DNA from: Eledone cirrhosa
Lineage: Eukaryota
Assembly (NCBI GenBank): GCA_964016885.1
Contig: OZ024743.1
Span: forward strand, 362,762,001-362,826,000
Direction of reading: 5' to 3'
Length of the DNA: 64,000 bases
Position numbers and translations under genes: made by a program
In this document: piece by piece, positions 37,140 through 50,796 of the stretch
Position numbering within the stretch: position 1 is the stretch's first letter
Layout of the letters: each line of letters starts with the position of its first letter
Notes under the pieces: generated by a model
Database searches by the model: none
The model's input: only the letters and a program-made list of their open reading frames with translations
Told to the model about the DNA's origin: nothing

Positions 37140-38599
37140 AAGATATCATTTTTTTACAAAAACAGTATAGAAAATTAGAAACATAGGTGAAGTTAAAAAC
37201 AGCTCAAAATCTAAACTATAATAAAGATAAAGTAAGAAGCGCGGGACTGCGTACGGTTTATAATTTTTTAGCTCCTTAGTAAAATAAGTTGGATTACTTT
37301 GAGTAAATAATGAATGAATAATAATTTATCTACTAAATTTCGTGGCTGTTCATTAAATATATTTTATTACTTATTTAAAGATTCACTTCTTTAAAATTTT
37401 CAAATGTCAACACTTCCGGTTAGTGATCTTTTAAATAAATATTCATATATTTCTATCACTAATTTTCTCCTAATGCAGTTTATATATAATATCGTATTTT
37501 TTTAATGTATCATGGATTACGTTACTGATTATATAAGACAGTGTATCGCAGTTTTCGTTCAATTTCTGTGTATATTGTCAATTACGATTTTATTTGATGT
37601 ATCATATCTACATGCATATATACTTGCGTATAATATCAATATACACACCACACATGTTAGCAGAAAACCACCCGAAGGGTGTTTTTTTCTGCTAGTTTAT
37701 TATAATAAATAGTACAAAAGGCCATGTTACATACTGCTTTTTCAAACAAGCATGTGTACAAAATCCTATTGTGCTAAAAATAATAATTATACATAAAGCA
37801 AATTATTCATTGAAGTTTAGTGAGTTGGTCATAGGATTATTTACTCCAGTAAATTCCACTGCATGCCAACTACTATGAAAGAAGATATAGAAGAATGTTT
37901 ATGTAATTTTTCTTGTTTAGAATTATCTCTCTACATTCGAAGTAATAATTGAAGCATGACGAATATCTCAAAACGAGTATCAATAACAACTTGTATTTAT
38001 TGTAGTGCGTGTATTACAATTTGGTAACAAAACGTACCACGTGACATGATATGGTGTAATCCTGAAATAAAAGATAGGATTAGAAAAACTTAATATATCT
38101 GTGCTTGGTGTGGTCAGTTCGAGAGCCTGCTGCCAAAAGAGAGATTGCCCTTTTCTCTTTCTTTTATGATACCTGGAACGGAAGTTCAAGGAATGTTCTA
38201 GAAATTCTAACTCTAGCTACTTCCCTTTGTCTAGAGAGCGCTACAGAAGTAAATACCAAATACGTTTTTACATTAAATATTGATTTACGAACGTTTCGTC
38301 CCCTTTTGGAACTTGTCAAAATCAATTATTTAATATTAAAAACCTCATTATAAACCTCACCAAACCACTCTACAGCCAGCAACCAGAGAAATTGTTTACA
38401 TTTAAAAATTCAAAACGACGTCATAATGCATGGAAAATATATGTTGTCTGATGAGGGGAGTACAACGTCAAACCACTTTAGTACATTGCTATAAAAACTT
38501 AATATCTTTTATAATAATGTTTTATGAAGATTATATTTATCATTTATTTATTGTTTTAAATTAAGTTTTTATAGCAATGTGCTAGGGTGGTTTGAGGCA

Positions 38600-39080
38600 G
38601 GTGTAAAAGCCAATCTCACTATCTTCAGTTCTATATTCGTGCTAACCATTACATATGGTCATAAATCTTGGGTAACGACCGAAAGAAGACGATCGTGAAT
38701 ACAAGCAGCCGAAATGGGGCCCTTTGAACGATCTTTGTAATAACATTACTCGATAGTGCCTAGCTCGGAAGCCAGAGAGTCGCTCCAGGTAGAGTCCCCA
38801 CTTCTCTAAATTGATAGATCACAGCTCCGATATTACGGATATGTGGTTAGAATGTCTCAGGAAAAATCATCGGACAGATTTTACGGTCAAAACCAACCGG
38901 CAGGAGACGCAATGGTAGATCTCGAGTAAGATGGTTGGATAACATCCATGAGCTCGACTAGTGTTGGTTGGGGATCCAGTGGGATTGATTACAGACGATT
39001 TCCTCTTCACAGGACCCACTGGATGGTGAGCTTGAGACCTCCCCGCTCCCGTCCTTGTGAAGTGAGTGAAGATGAAGAGA
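38600..39080 (+). mobile_element. Decayed RTE-clade LINE 3' fragment (related 3' piece at ~32690-32840)
   Basis: TYGHKSWVTTER..IQAAEMG-like segment, LRYYGYVVRM, RVRWLDNI. Confidence 0.6.
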
Positions 39081-40439
39081 AAGCTTCTTGTTTCATGGTC
39101 GGAACAGAGCCCTTAGACTACTACTAGGCGATAATGTTTTAGAAGCTTTCAAACTGAAATAAATAGGGATTAACATTCGAAAATATCGACCCAACAGTGA
39201 AAAATGTTGCGTTGAACATAATGTGTGGCATTGTTAGTGATTGATCATTCTCCAGGCTACACCTAGAATGCCGACATGTTTCAGACATGAATTTCTTTCG
39301 TAGTAGTTTACTTTGCGCCATGCACTACTTCTTTCCTTAAGCCTACAGATCAGCGCATCATGTTTAATGTTAAGACTACTCTCTATCTTGTTAAAGAAAC
39401 TAATTGCCAAAATAAACAATCTATCAGGTATTTGTCACAACACTACCATACCAGGAAGACCATATCAAAGGATCCTGGGATAAGGTATCCGAGAGCTGTG
39501 AGAAAGTTGGGAAAATGCTAATGTCAGAAGCATGTGATTACTTCTTGGAATTTGACGAAGACAAGACCAGGAGTCTTCCATAACATTGCTGGCGTAACTT
39601 ATGAATGGAGAATGCAAAATATCAACGTGGAATATTTGGAGGAGTTTATAGATCCTCATTATAAAACGTTTTCTGTTGAAGAGCGGGAGGAGTTAGCTCA
39701 GTAACGCATCCTAAATGTGCCTGAAAACCCTGCTGCAGAACGAGGAATACCAGAACAACTGCACCATCAAGTTTAAGGAAATTGTGGACCAGTTTACTTA
39801 GAACTACTGAGATTGGATGAGAAGTAGCAAGGTAAAGGGTTTCTTTTTAGACGTAGTATCTTGCTACAATGAATTGCTTCGTGAATCTAGAATAAGCACA
39901 CAACATTACATGCATTCTTTGAATAAGGAACCTATGTGTAAGGAAGAAGCACCACATGGAGCCTCCTCTCAGACACAACCTCTTCTGTCATATACCTCAC
40001 TGCTGCTTTCCAATTCAATTAATGGCATGTAGACGTGTGTTCTTGTGGTTAAAGGTGATGAATTTAACCGGCTTCATAATTTTATTATAAACTTAGATTG
40101 CAATTAATTGTACGTTTTCTAATTTTATCATGACTGTTGATCAGATAGAGTGACATTACATAATGTGAGGTTATCTAAAATCATTAAGTGATTGGTGGAA
40201 GTGAGTTTAGGTGGAATTTTCGATCGCTTAGCAATGTCTACTATTTTTATTTGTGCCGCTATCTGATAAAAATAGCCTAACAGGCTATATTTTTATTTGT
40301 GTCTCTACTGATAAAAATAGCCTAACACGCTATATTTTTCCTTTCTTTCTTTTTCTTCTTTTTCTTTGTTTCATTTATGTCTCGTGTCACGTGGGGTACC
40401 AAACCTTTGCCCTGACGTCACACAAAATATTAATGTTTT

Positions 40440-40645
40440 GTTTCTACATTAGGCACAAGGCCAGCAATTTGAAAGGAAGGGGAAGTTGATTAAATCGACC
40501 CCAGTGAGTTACTGATACTTTATATTATCGACCCCATAAGGATAAAAGGCAAAGTTAGCCTCGGCAGGATTTGAACTAAAAATGTAAAGGGCCGTAACTC
40601 TATGCTACGAATCATCGTGTCCCACGCTCTACCGATACTGCCAAA
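40440..40645 (-). mobile_element. tRNA-derived SINE, Nin/Deu-domain type
   Basis: Homologous to 19690-19870 and 46025-46215. Confidence 0.8.
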
Positions 40646-41195
40646 CCATATATTATTTATATATTTCATTCACCTTTTTACTGCTTGTTTGCGCCTATTT
40701 CACAATAAAATTTTCTGACTGCTGCATGTCAATATAATTAAATAAAACTGTGACAGCTCATAGCCCCGTCTCCCCACGCAAGATTTTGTTCTCCTCATAG
40801 AAAAGCCATTAAAGTACATATATCTATATCTATTTGTTAATAAATATGTGCTCATTTTCATTGTGAACTAGATTTTATGTGCGTAATATACCCAGCAAAT
40901 AGAGACCTATAATCACTATTTGCTGTTGGTTAATACATGCAGCAGGTGGTAGGTCATACAGTCGTACATTTGATTCAATTTCTTCTGACAAGTTGATATT
41001 GCTTTGGCTATGATATATGCAACACATTAACTTTTCTGCGTTTGTTCAGGCAACAACATACACAGAAACATGCACTCAACATCATGTATTTTCTTCCAAA
41101 TATAATTTGTTAGTCTGAACACCATTGAAATATGTACCACAGCTTTATGAATAAAGGAATTGTAAACACCTGCACCGAACTTCGCAATTGTCCTA

Positions 41196-41282
<87 letters not shown>

Positions 41283-41285
41283 GTA

Positions 41286-41315
41286 CTAGCTGAATTACCC
41301 GGCGTTGCTCGGGTT
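41286..41315 (-). mobile_element. Helitron-like 3' terminus
   Basis: Minus strand hairpin ACCCGaGC aac GCCGGGT, then 7 nt, then CTAG followed by T. Confidence 0.5.
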
Positions 41316-41944
41316 ACTGTTATTCTTATTTAGATTAGTAAACAATAAATATGAAGATATGTTTTTTCGCTCATAACTATCAAAATATCTATATTTTATT
41401 TTTTTTTTAAATATCAAAATTGTTATGATAATAGAATTTAGAAATGAAAATCTGTCAATCTTGAAGCACCTTAGAGTAAACAATATTCACTGTGACATTT
41501 TCTGTTGGTGTCCAAATGAATAAATTGTTGCTACACACTCACACACATACACTTTCACATACACTCACATACATATACTAAGATAGACACACACAGAAAT
41601 ATATTTACGCAGACACTCGCACAGATTTTCACCTCATTTTTTTTTTCAGTCTCCACATATGTATATGTATGTGTAGATGTGGGTGTGTATTTAATAACGT
41701 ACCTAATGAGCGTGTACGCACACACACTCATATACAAAATGTGACGTCGTCGTTGTGGTGGTGGTGGTGGTTTACTATAGTTAGTAATATTATTTTAGAT
41801 AAAATGTTATATTGTTTTAATCCAAATGAAAATAAAAATTACATGTTGACACTCCCAAGGTCTAATACTATTACTTTGTAAAATTTAATTTAATATATGC
41901 CCCAGCATGGCCTCAGCCGGATGGCTGAAACAGGTAAAAGAGTA

Positions 41945-41989
<45 letters not shown>

Positions 41990-42001
41990 TACACACACAC
42001 A

Positions 42002-42085
<84 letters not shown>

Positions 42086-42390
42086 TACCCACGTGCACAA
42101 GTATATCTCTTTTCAGTAGACGCGTTCCATCATCCACTTTCTAAAAAATAAATCATATACCAACAATTTTGCAAGAGATGTCAACATGAATGGACCTGTT
42201 CTTTTTTATCTAAAGACATTTTTCGAATTCCAACCCGCCCGTCCCCTCAATCTATCTCATTTTTCATTCTTTCTTCTGATGAAAGACTAGCGTCCGAAAC
42301 GTTACGACCCTCTTCCTGCTATATCAAGCGTTAACCTAATATATCCCTTCCATATACTGTACCGACTGTGTTGTTATTTCTGTTTACCTG

Positions 42391-42497
<107 letters not shown>

Positions 42498-43489
42498 TGT
42501 ATATATTTATGTGTGTGTATATATATGTAGATATGAGTGTATGTAAGTATATAGAACTGAAGATGGTGAGTTTGGCTTTTACACCTGCCTCCCTTCTTCC
42601 GATGACTGAATGCTGAAGCTGGCACATTACTGCACAAGCTCGTACAATTCGTGCACTTAATTCAGCCTCCTGACTATCCTGCGCAGGCTTCCTTGAAAGG
42701 AGAAGTGTCTCAGTCTTTGCAGCACGGATTTACATTCTTGCCGAGCAACACTCGGCAACAAACACATCAAGTGCCTCTCGAAGATCACATTTTGACGAAT
42801 TATCTAGTACCAAGTCGTCCGCAAATTACAGTCAACTGATTCTCCACCCATCAATTTCAATATACCACTTCGGCTAGCTTGGACTCAGCAATCACCCAAC
42901 ATAACTTTGCCATACACTTAGCAGAGACTTTACCGGGGAGGCATAAAAAAGAGACTATCTCTGTATACACAATGTGGAAATTTATATGCGCAATTGCACA
43001 ATCTCGGTTAAAACCTATACTGATTTATACAAGGATAAATTTGACGGACATAGATATACATATGTGTGTGTATGTGTGTGCGCGCGCGCGCGCGCGTAAT
43101 TGATCTTTTTCTTTAGGTACACACATGCATATATATGTGTGCGCGCGCGTGTTTATGTGTTTATGTGCATGTGTGCGTATTTCTGTATGAGTGCGCACAC
43201 ACATATTCACACAGATTATTATTTTGTAACTATGATTCTCTAATCCTCTTAACATGCAAAGCCTTGCCACGGGACAAATACTTTGCACCGTACTTCCTGA
43301 TCTAGAGTAGGTGGAATATATACTATTTCTTAAATTTTATAAATTGACGAAGTTCAAAAGGCATATTATCCAGAATGAAAATGAGTGCACTTGCATCTAA
43401 GTATCCCAACGCCTCGGCCTTCGCGTGTGTGAGCCACATAAATGCCGTTGTGGGGCGATCGTTGACAAGTTCGGCCTGTACCCACTGAC

Positions 43490-44130
43490 TTGCCGCCAGA
43501 GCGCAGGACGGTTGCCCGACACACCATTCTCAACGACATATTGAGAAGGAGCCAGGATGCAGCTGGCTTTCTATCACCACTGGAGCCAGCAGGCCTTGAC
43601 CACGGAGTCGGCAAGCATCTCGATGGAATCATCCTCTTTCCATTCGAAAGAGGTAGATCCCTCATCCGGGACGCCACATGTTGTGACACGTTCTCCACCT
43701 CCAGCTTAGTCGCTTCGGCCACAAACCCTGATACCACAGCCCGCCATGCAGAGGAAAGGAAGATAAACAAATACCGGGGATTGTCCGGCCGCTTTCTCTT
43801 TGCACCGGTTACCGTCGAGACCTCAAGCGTACTTGGAGACCGTACTGTGGAGCTCCTCCGCAAGATCGTAACGCCGGCGGCCCGTTTGAGGAAGGACCCC
43901 CCGCGAGGTGGGGTGGCTGTGTCAGCGGGAATGCTTTTGGGGTCTTGTCTACAGGACGCAGCCCCATTACCGCCGCACCCTAAGCCCAGAGCCCAATCAC
44001 GCTCCTTCTCCCCATTCTTCTGTGACACTAGAGTCCTTGCCATTCCCTACCTTTTCCGGTTTTTTTAAATATTTTCCAATTTTATATTCCATTCTTTTTT
44101 TCAATCTAAATTTTCTTTTTTTCTTTTTCT
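43490..44130 (+). mobile_element. 5'-truncated CRE-like non-LTR retrotransposon (restriction-like endonuclease domain)
   Basis: RHTILND...LEP...LDG...DAT...AEERKINKY...FAPVTVET in ORF 43490-44068; T-rich tail. Confidence 0.75.
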
Positions 44131-45911
44131 ATTAAACTGTATTTACATGATATATTCCATTTAATGAATTAAGTGTTCACTGTAATACTCAACGCAGCTA
44201 CTTGTGAAGGCGTGTGACTTACGGATTAGGGTCTTCGGCTTATGACTGTAAGATTGTATTAGTTCGATTTCTGGCGGCGCGTTGTCTTTTTGAACAAGAC
44301 ACGTTGCGCCAGTCCACTTAGTTGACAAAAAAAAGAGTTGTAGCTGTAATTAAAAGAGCCAACTTTAATCACACTGAATCACTCCATTTGTAGAATATTC
44401 GATTTTTTGTTGTACTTTAAACAGCTAGATTAAATATATTTGTCACAAAGAGTTAATCAATTTCAGCTATGATATTCAAGTCATATTTCATGTGACATTC
44501 AGAGGGAATTATTTCTTAAAATATGTTACAATAAAAAAATCTTATGATGAAATACTTAAGTTGTATGTTTTATGCCATTGCCAACAATAGTGACCTTTAA
44601 TAAAAGAAGCTCCAGTGTCTTGAAACTAAATAAGTTGTACTTTCGGCCTACTGTGGTACAAGACCATTTAAATGGCTCTACACTTTTGAATATCAACAGT
44701 GCCAAGGAAAGCTTCTTGCTTTTTCTAACGTAATTATATCATTTGCTCGAAAGAAAAGCACGAAACATATTTCTGAATGTATAACAAAAAATTTAAATTA
44801 CTATAATGATGGTACATCTTTCTATGATAGTGATAATATCTTAAATGTTTATTTTATTTCACAAGTAAACATTATAGATGTAAATTTTGTGCTAATGGTG
44901 TTAATATCGATGGGTTGGCAAAATGTCATTGTGATATTGGTTTATGCTCTTTACATTCAGAGTTCATATTCCGCTGATCTCAACTTAGTCTTGCATCCTT
45001 CCGGAGGCCAACAAATTAAGTAGCAGCCAATGTCGGTCATTCTGCGTTCTTTCACCAAGTTAATCAGGTTTTCTCCCAACTTATGAAATTTTCCCCGTCT
45101 ACTTTATTCCATTTGCATATTGAAGTAGAGTTTACATTTGTCTTTGCACCAAACTTGGATTCTTAAGTCAGAACATCCAAAACGACATCCAGCTGCCTGG
45201 TTCGTATTTTCCTTTTACATTTAGAACAGCCTACAATGTCCATGTGTGTTTCACTATATAAACTGAATAGTAAAATCATGTATACATCTATTGAAACTGA
45301 TTTTCTGAAAAAAACTGACCGTGTGATTTCCACATTTTCTTTATTTTACAGCGTGGGTACGGCAAATACCTGTACAGTTCGAATTAGCATTGTTTAGAAC
45401 GCACGATCTTGTCTAGTGTAACAGCTTTAGCTCGTAGTGACACAAATATTTTATTCAATATTTTGCTTCACAACTATAATAAATATGACGAAACATTTCT
45501 TTTGCCATTGAGGCATAATAAATGTGCTATACTTACTGCTACTAATTGTAAGATTGTTCTCTATTGTTGTATGATGACTTTGAAGATATTTGTATGAAAT
45601 TACTTTTTTTATATGTTGGTCAAGTTTTATTCTGTTGTTATATGATTTACGTTGCTTTCGTCAGTTGAATGTATAGATCAGATTCACTAGAAACTCTCAT
45701 TGTCTTTATTGTACAAAAATGATTTGATCATCTATAGATTTCGAACAATCCAAATGAAAATGTTTAACAATTACTTCATTTGAGAATTTCAGTTAATTGA
45801 AGTTTTTCAACTATAATAAATATGAAATTCTTCCGTGTATGAATCTCTGTATTTATCAATATATGTTTTAAAATTGTAATAGTAACCAACTATTATTATA
45901 TTATTAACATT

Positions 45912-46225
45912 TAGGTTAACTTTGCCTTTCATCCTTACGGGGTCGATAAAATAAAGTACCAGTAATGTACTGGGTAATTGCTGGCCTTGTGCCAAAAGTA
46001 GAAACAATTATATTATTAACATTTAGGGCGGTGGATTGGCAGTATCAGTAGAGGGTCGGACGCCATGCTTTTACGCAAAGAGTTATGTCCCTTTACGATC
46101 TGAGTTCAAATCCCGCCGAGGTTAACTTTGCCTTTCATCCTTACGGGGTCGATAAAATAAAGTACCAGTAATGTACTGGGTAATTGCTGGCCTTGTGTCA
46201 AAAGTAGAAACAATTATATTATTAA
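45912..46225 (+). mobile_element. Tandem SINEs: 5'-truncated copy (45912-46010) + full copy (46025-46215), Nin/Deu-domain type
   Basis: A box TGGCAGTATCAG, B box GAGTTCAAATCC, GCCTTTCATCCTTACGGGGTCGATAAAATAAAGTACCAG; TATATTATTAACAT repeated at all three junctions. Confidence 0.85.
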
Positions 46226-46689
46226 CATAGTACATGTAAAAATGGTGGAGTTTACCGTAAAAAGAATAATTAACTTAATAACTCCTTGGTTAGTAAATAT
46301 ACTTCAATAATTGAATTTCCTTGATCTTCTCCCTCTTGTCACTCAGACAATCGCTGTTTTCATTTTACATTAATTTAAATCAATTACAACAATTTTCTTT
46401 CCTATTTTCTTTAATCATTATCAAACATATATCCACCAAGTTAATATGATTTGTTATACCTTTGTATCCGTTTGTCTGTTATCTATCTATTTTCTGACAG
46501 CTATTGAGATTTAGGTTCTGTTGTTCTTTTCCGAAAATAAATGCTTTGAAAAATCTACATAAATAGCTAATTATATCATAGTATGACAGTGTGGTAGAAA
46601 GGTAGACAGACAGATAGAGAGAGGCAGGTAGATAGGTGAGGAAGATATATAGGTAGAGAGGTAGGTGCGGAGGTAGATAGATACACAGA

Positions 46690-49600
46690 TCAGCCACGCC
46701 CGGACAGTGCACCAATGCGTGCGCAACGGTTTCTTCGTGACGCACGCATCTAGGGCAAATCTTTTTCGAGGGATCCCTGCCCGAGGCCCGTGTCTGTAGA
46801 GCTTCTCTCGAGCGGGTAGAGCCCACCGGAAGCACTGCCAGGCCAGTGACTTCTGGAAGTTATCCATTGGTCCCGGGCCGAAAGTCCTACCGAACAGGCT
46901 GGCCAGTTCGTCCTCTTCCATGTCCAGCGACTCTCCAAGGGTGTCATCGCCCCTGCTAGCCACCAGCCCTCTATAGAATGACGAGGTGGATTCTCCACCG
47001 ATGGCCGGGTCCGCTTGCCAGAGAGCCCTGAGCGCCTGGGCACACTCAGTGTGCCAGTCGCCCAGTTTTCCGGATCTTTGCTTGACCCAGGACTGCAGCT
47101 CGGTGAGCGAGACGAGTCTCGGAAAGGCTCGTCTCACGAACGGAGCCCACACCGGTTGACCAGTGAGGAATACCTGTAGGTGCCGTAGCCTTAATGCGTG
47201 CCTACGCATCATCAACCACGGCATTCCCAGCCCTTCTTTCGAAGGTTGTTGGCAGCAGATGGATCTTCTCACCATGGGAGGGCGCTTCTTCCAAAGAAAT
47301 TGAAAGAGCATGCGTTCCATGGTGGTGAGTGTTTCCTTAGGGCAAGGCACGACAGTCAGGCGGTAGTAGGTGACGGACGCTATGTAAATGTTCGCCACCT
47401 CCGCCCGACCTTTCAGGGACAGCTTACACTTGGCCCATTTCTGGGTCAGTGCAAACACCTTGCTCGTAACCTCGCCCCAGTTCTTTTCCACCTGGAGGTC
47501 CGGTCCAAACCAGACCCCAAGCAACTTCACCGGGCCCTCCGTCCAGTGTCCGACAACACCGTCGGCGAGGCATCAGTCTGCCTCTCCACGTTCCGAGTTG
47601 CAGCCCGATGGATTTTTCCTGGTTCAGTTTCGCTCCTGACAACCTTTCGTATTCCTCCAGTAAGGTACCGATCGCCTCGATCTCAGAGTCGGTTGATACC
47701 ATTACTGTTACGTCATCGGCGTAGGCCGACACCGCTTTGCTCAATCCTGGTTCCAGGGGGATACCCTGCAACAACTCCAACTTCCTCAGTAAAGGCTCGA
47801 GAGTCAATACGTACAGAAGGGAGGAGAAAGGGCACCCCTGTCGAATGGATCGTGTGATTTCGAATGGCTTCGAAAGGTAGCCGTTCACCTTGATCCTAGA
47901 ACAGATGTGGTTGCTATGTAAGGCAGTGATCCAGCCTCTGAAAACAGGACCAAACCCAGCCGCCGCTAGCACCGCATCCAGGTAACCATGGTCGACCCTA
48001 TCGAACGCCTTAGACTGATCCAAGTTAATCAGGGCCCCACCGAAGCCGGGTTTGTTGCCAACCCTCTCTATGATGTATCGCATGAGGTGGAGGTTGTCGT
48101 GAATGGACCTGGATGGGATAGCACATGTCTGCGCATCTCCCACCAGGCTAACTACGACAAGCGCCAACCTCTTTGCTAACACCTTGGCCAAAATCTTTAA
48201 CTCTGTGTTTAGCAGGGTTATGGGCCGAAAATTATTTATACTATCGCCCTTGTTCTCGTCCTTCCTCACCAGCGAAACTACGCCCTTGGCTACAGAACAA
48301 GGAATTCTCCCGTTCTGCTGCCAATTGCAGTAGACTGCTTCGAGGAGTTCGGAGAAGAAGACCGGCATTGCTAAATAAAGTTCGTAAGGTATACCATCGA
48401 GACCTGGAGATTTGCGTCTGCTGCATTGGCTCAGCGCATCCCCGATCTCATCAGCCGAGATTGGTCCCTCGCAGGACTCTGCCTTTTCGCTCGAGAGACG
48501 CGGCAGGCCGTCGAGGTATGGACCGAAATCCACGTCCCCGCCCGGACCCTCGCCTCCCCCGAACAATCGGGCAAAGTGCCTTTGAAAGGCCTCGCACATC
48601 TGCTTAGGCTCCCGGATCACCCGTCCATCCTCGTCTTGTAAAGACCGGATGGTGGATCGATTTCCACTCTTAGCTTCTGTCACGCGGGCCCAGCCAACGG
48701 CTTTGGCCCCCTCATTACCTAGAGCACGTATTTTACTTCGAATGACGCAGCCTTCGTGCTTTGCATCGAAAAACTGGCTCAAGGCCGTCCTCGATGCCAG
48801 CACTCTGGCCACATCTTCGCTGTTGATTGCCTCTTCTAATTTACCTGTTAATTCTTTCTCGTTCCTATTCCTATCGGCAGCTAACATCTTGCTATAACTT
48901 ATTGATTCTGTTCTAATCTCTCTTTTGAGAGATGCCCACCATCGGTTGTTGACGATTGCACCCGTCCACCTCTCCTTAACTAATCTGCTAATCCGGTCTC
49001 TGTAAGCCTCTTTTGCCGGTAAAGACAAATTAAGTTTCCAGTAACCGGGACCCTGTCTATGTGTTCTCTCGAGGTTGACTACGCAGGTCACTAATTTGTG
49101 ATCTGTATAGCCAACCGTGAGAATTTCTGGACAGCTTAATATGTCCCTATCCTTACTTCTAACTAAGAATCTATCTAAGTACGATCTAGATTGACCACTG
49201 TGGTTCGTCCAAGTTGGCACAGTTGGAAAATCTAGTCGATATCTATCGACCAAGTTAAAACGGTCGAGTAACCCCTTGAGGCTGTTACACCCCCCTCTAT
49301 TAGGACATGCTCCTGCATAGTCCCAACGTGCATCTAGGATGTCATTCCAGTCCCCCGCTAGAAGCAGGGAACGCGACGTTCCCAGAAAAGTCTCCAGACG
49401 CTGGAAGAAGTCGGGTCGTTCAGCTCCGAAAGGGGAGTAGACGGCGACCAGTCTCAAGGCTGCACCTCCACTACTGCCAACGTCTAGCACCAACAAACGA
49501 CCTTCCGGGTCCGAGTGAACAACCTGTATGGCGAGACCCAGGTGTTTTTGCAGCAGTACGACAACCCCACCCCCACCTCCAGATTGACAGAGAGATGCGT

Positions 49601-49772
49601 GCACCTCAAAGTCATCGAAGGTAGGGGCCAGCTGCCGCACGACGCTGATCCGAGTCTCACAGATAACCATTACATTTATACCACGTGACCTGAGGTCATT
49701 TAGAAGCTTTGCTTGCTTCCAAGTTGAGCCCAGGCCACGTACATTCAAATATCCTACTCTTAACACATCCAT
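46690..49772 (-). pseudogene. ORF2 of copy C (782 uninterrupted codons, then frameshifts)
   Basis: ORF 47424-49772 with APE and RT (QGCPFS, YADD); continues in 46571-47530 and 46479-46835. Confidence 0.92.
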
Positions 49773-50513
49773 GTGGGCGGCAGAGCCAAAGGAGAGTGTA
49801 GAGACCTACCTTTCTGCTTCCCGGGGTTCGGGTCGCACGACTTCCATGGGGTCGGGGGTGTTGGGTGAAGGGGTGTCTTGTGGTGGTGTGGGGTTGTCAG
49901 TGTGGGTGGGGTTGGGGTGTTTGGAGTTGTGTTGGGGAGGGGAAGGGGAGGGGGAAAGCTTTTTAGGAGGACGCGGTTTATGGGTTTGACAGAGGGTGGT
50001 CCTACGTCCTCCTTAAAATCCTTTTTTAGTTTTTGGTAGAGGTTCATTGGGACCTTTATTAATTTTAATTGTGGATTGTTTTCTGAAAAAACAAAATTTA
50101 CCCCTTCGGTTTGTACCGAAGGGTTATTGTTTATGAGTTCATTTAATTTATTATTGTTTCTGTTGATGTAAGTATAGTGTAATGTCTTTTTTTCGGATGG
50201 TGTGAGTGTTTCGAAGAGGGGAGGGGCAGGTTTGGTTTTGTTTGTTGCTGGAGGGGTGTTTTGTGTTTTGTTGGATTGTGTTGACATTTGGGTAGGGGCT
50301 GTTGGGCCTTGTGTGTTTTGCACATGTTTTCTTTTTTTTCTTTTAATCTGTCTGAAGGACTCCGTTTCTTCCTCCGAATTCGTTGGGTTATCTTCAGTGT
50401 TGGAGGGAACAGGTATGTTTGCTGGTAGTGTTTCCGTGTTAGTTTTCTTTGGGGGGGGGGGATGTCACTATGTTAGACTGTGTTGTGTGTTGTGGCTGCG
50501 GTGGTTGTGTTGT
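46690..50513 (-). mobile_element. Tx1/L1-clade retrotransposon copy C, 5'-truncated and lacking its 3' end; (TATC)n-associated
   Basis: Begins mid-ORF1 directly after the (TATC)n tail of D; ORF2 breaks off after HCPGVADLC into degenerate TATC/TACC repeats; closely similar to copy F. Confidence 0.92.

Positions 50514-50568
<55 letters not shown>
50514..50568. repeat. (GATA)n microsatellite between copies C and D
   Basis: About 13 perfect units seen directly. Confidence 0.95.
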
Positions 50569-50796
50569 TGTTTCTTTATTAGCCACAGGGGCACAAAGAA
50601 GGGGACAAATACAAGGGGGAAGTTTACATACAATAAAAACGTGTAAAATATTATCACAAATGCAATTTAAAAATTAGTCGATTTTCCCCAATAGGGGGAG
50701 ACAGTTCATATGGGTATGAAAAAAAAATGTGCAACCCTCATCTCCAGGAGTACGAAGAGTTTGTACTCCTTTCCTCTCTTCCTCTTTTTCCTCAAA

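Noticed and set aside
37658-37695. Bacterial rho-independent terminator (hairpin plus T run)
   Set aside because: Eukaryotic repeat context; better read as a transposon-end hairpin.
39100-40030. Possible decayed LINE coding sequence (also a GIY-YIG-like trace at 42560-42960)
   Set aside because: Too degenerate to assign a motif with confidence.
47424-49772. An active, intact Tx1 ORF2
   Set aside because: Frameshift after codon ~750 and missing C-terminus. No ORF2 fully inside the window is intact, although some homopolymer frameshifts could be sequencing errors.
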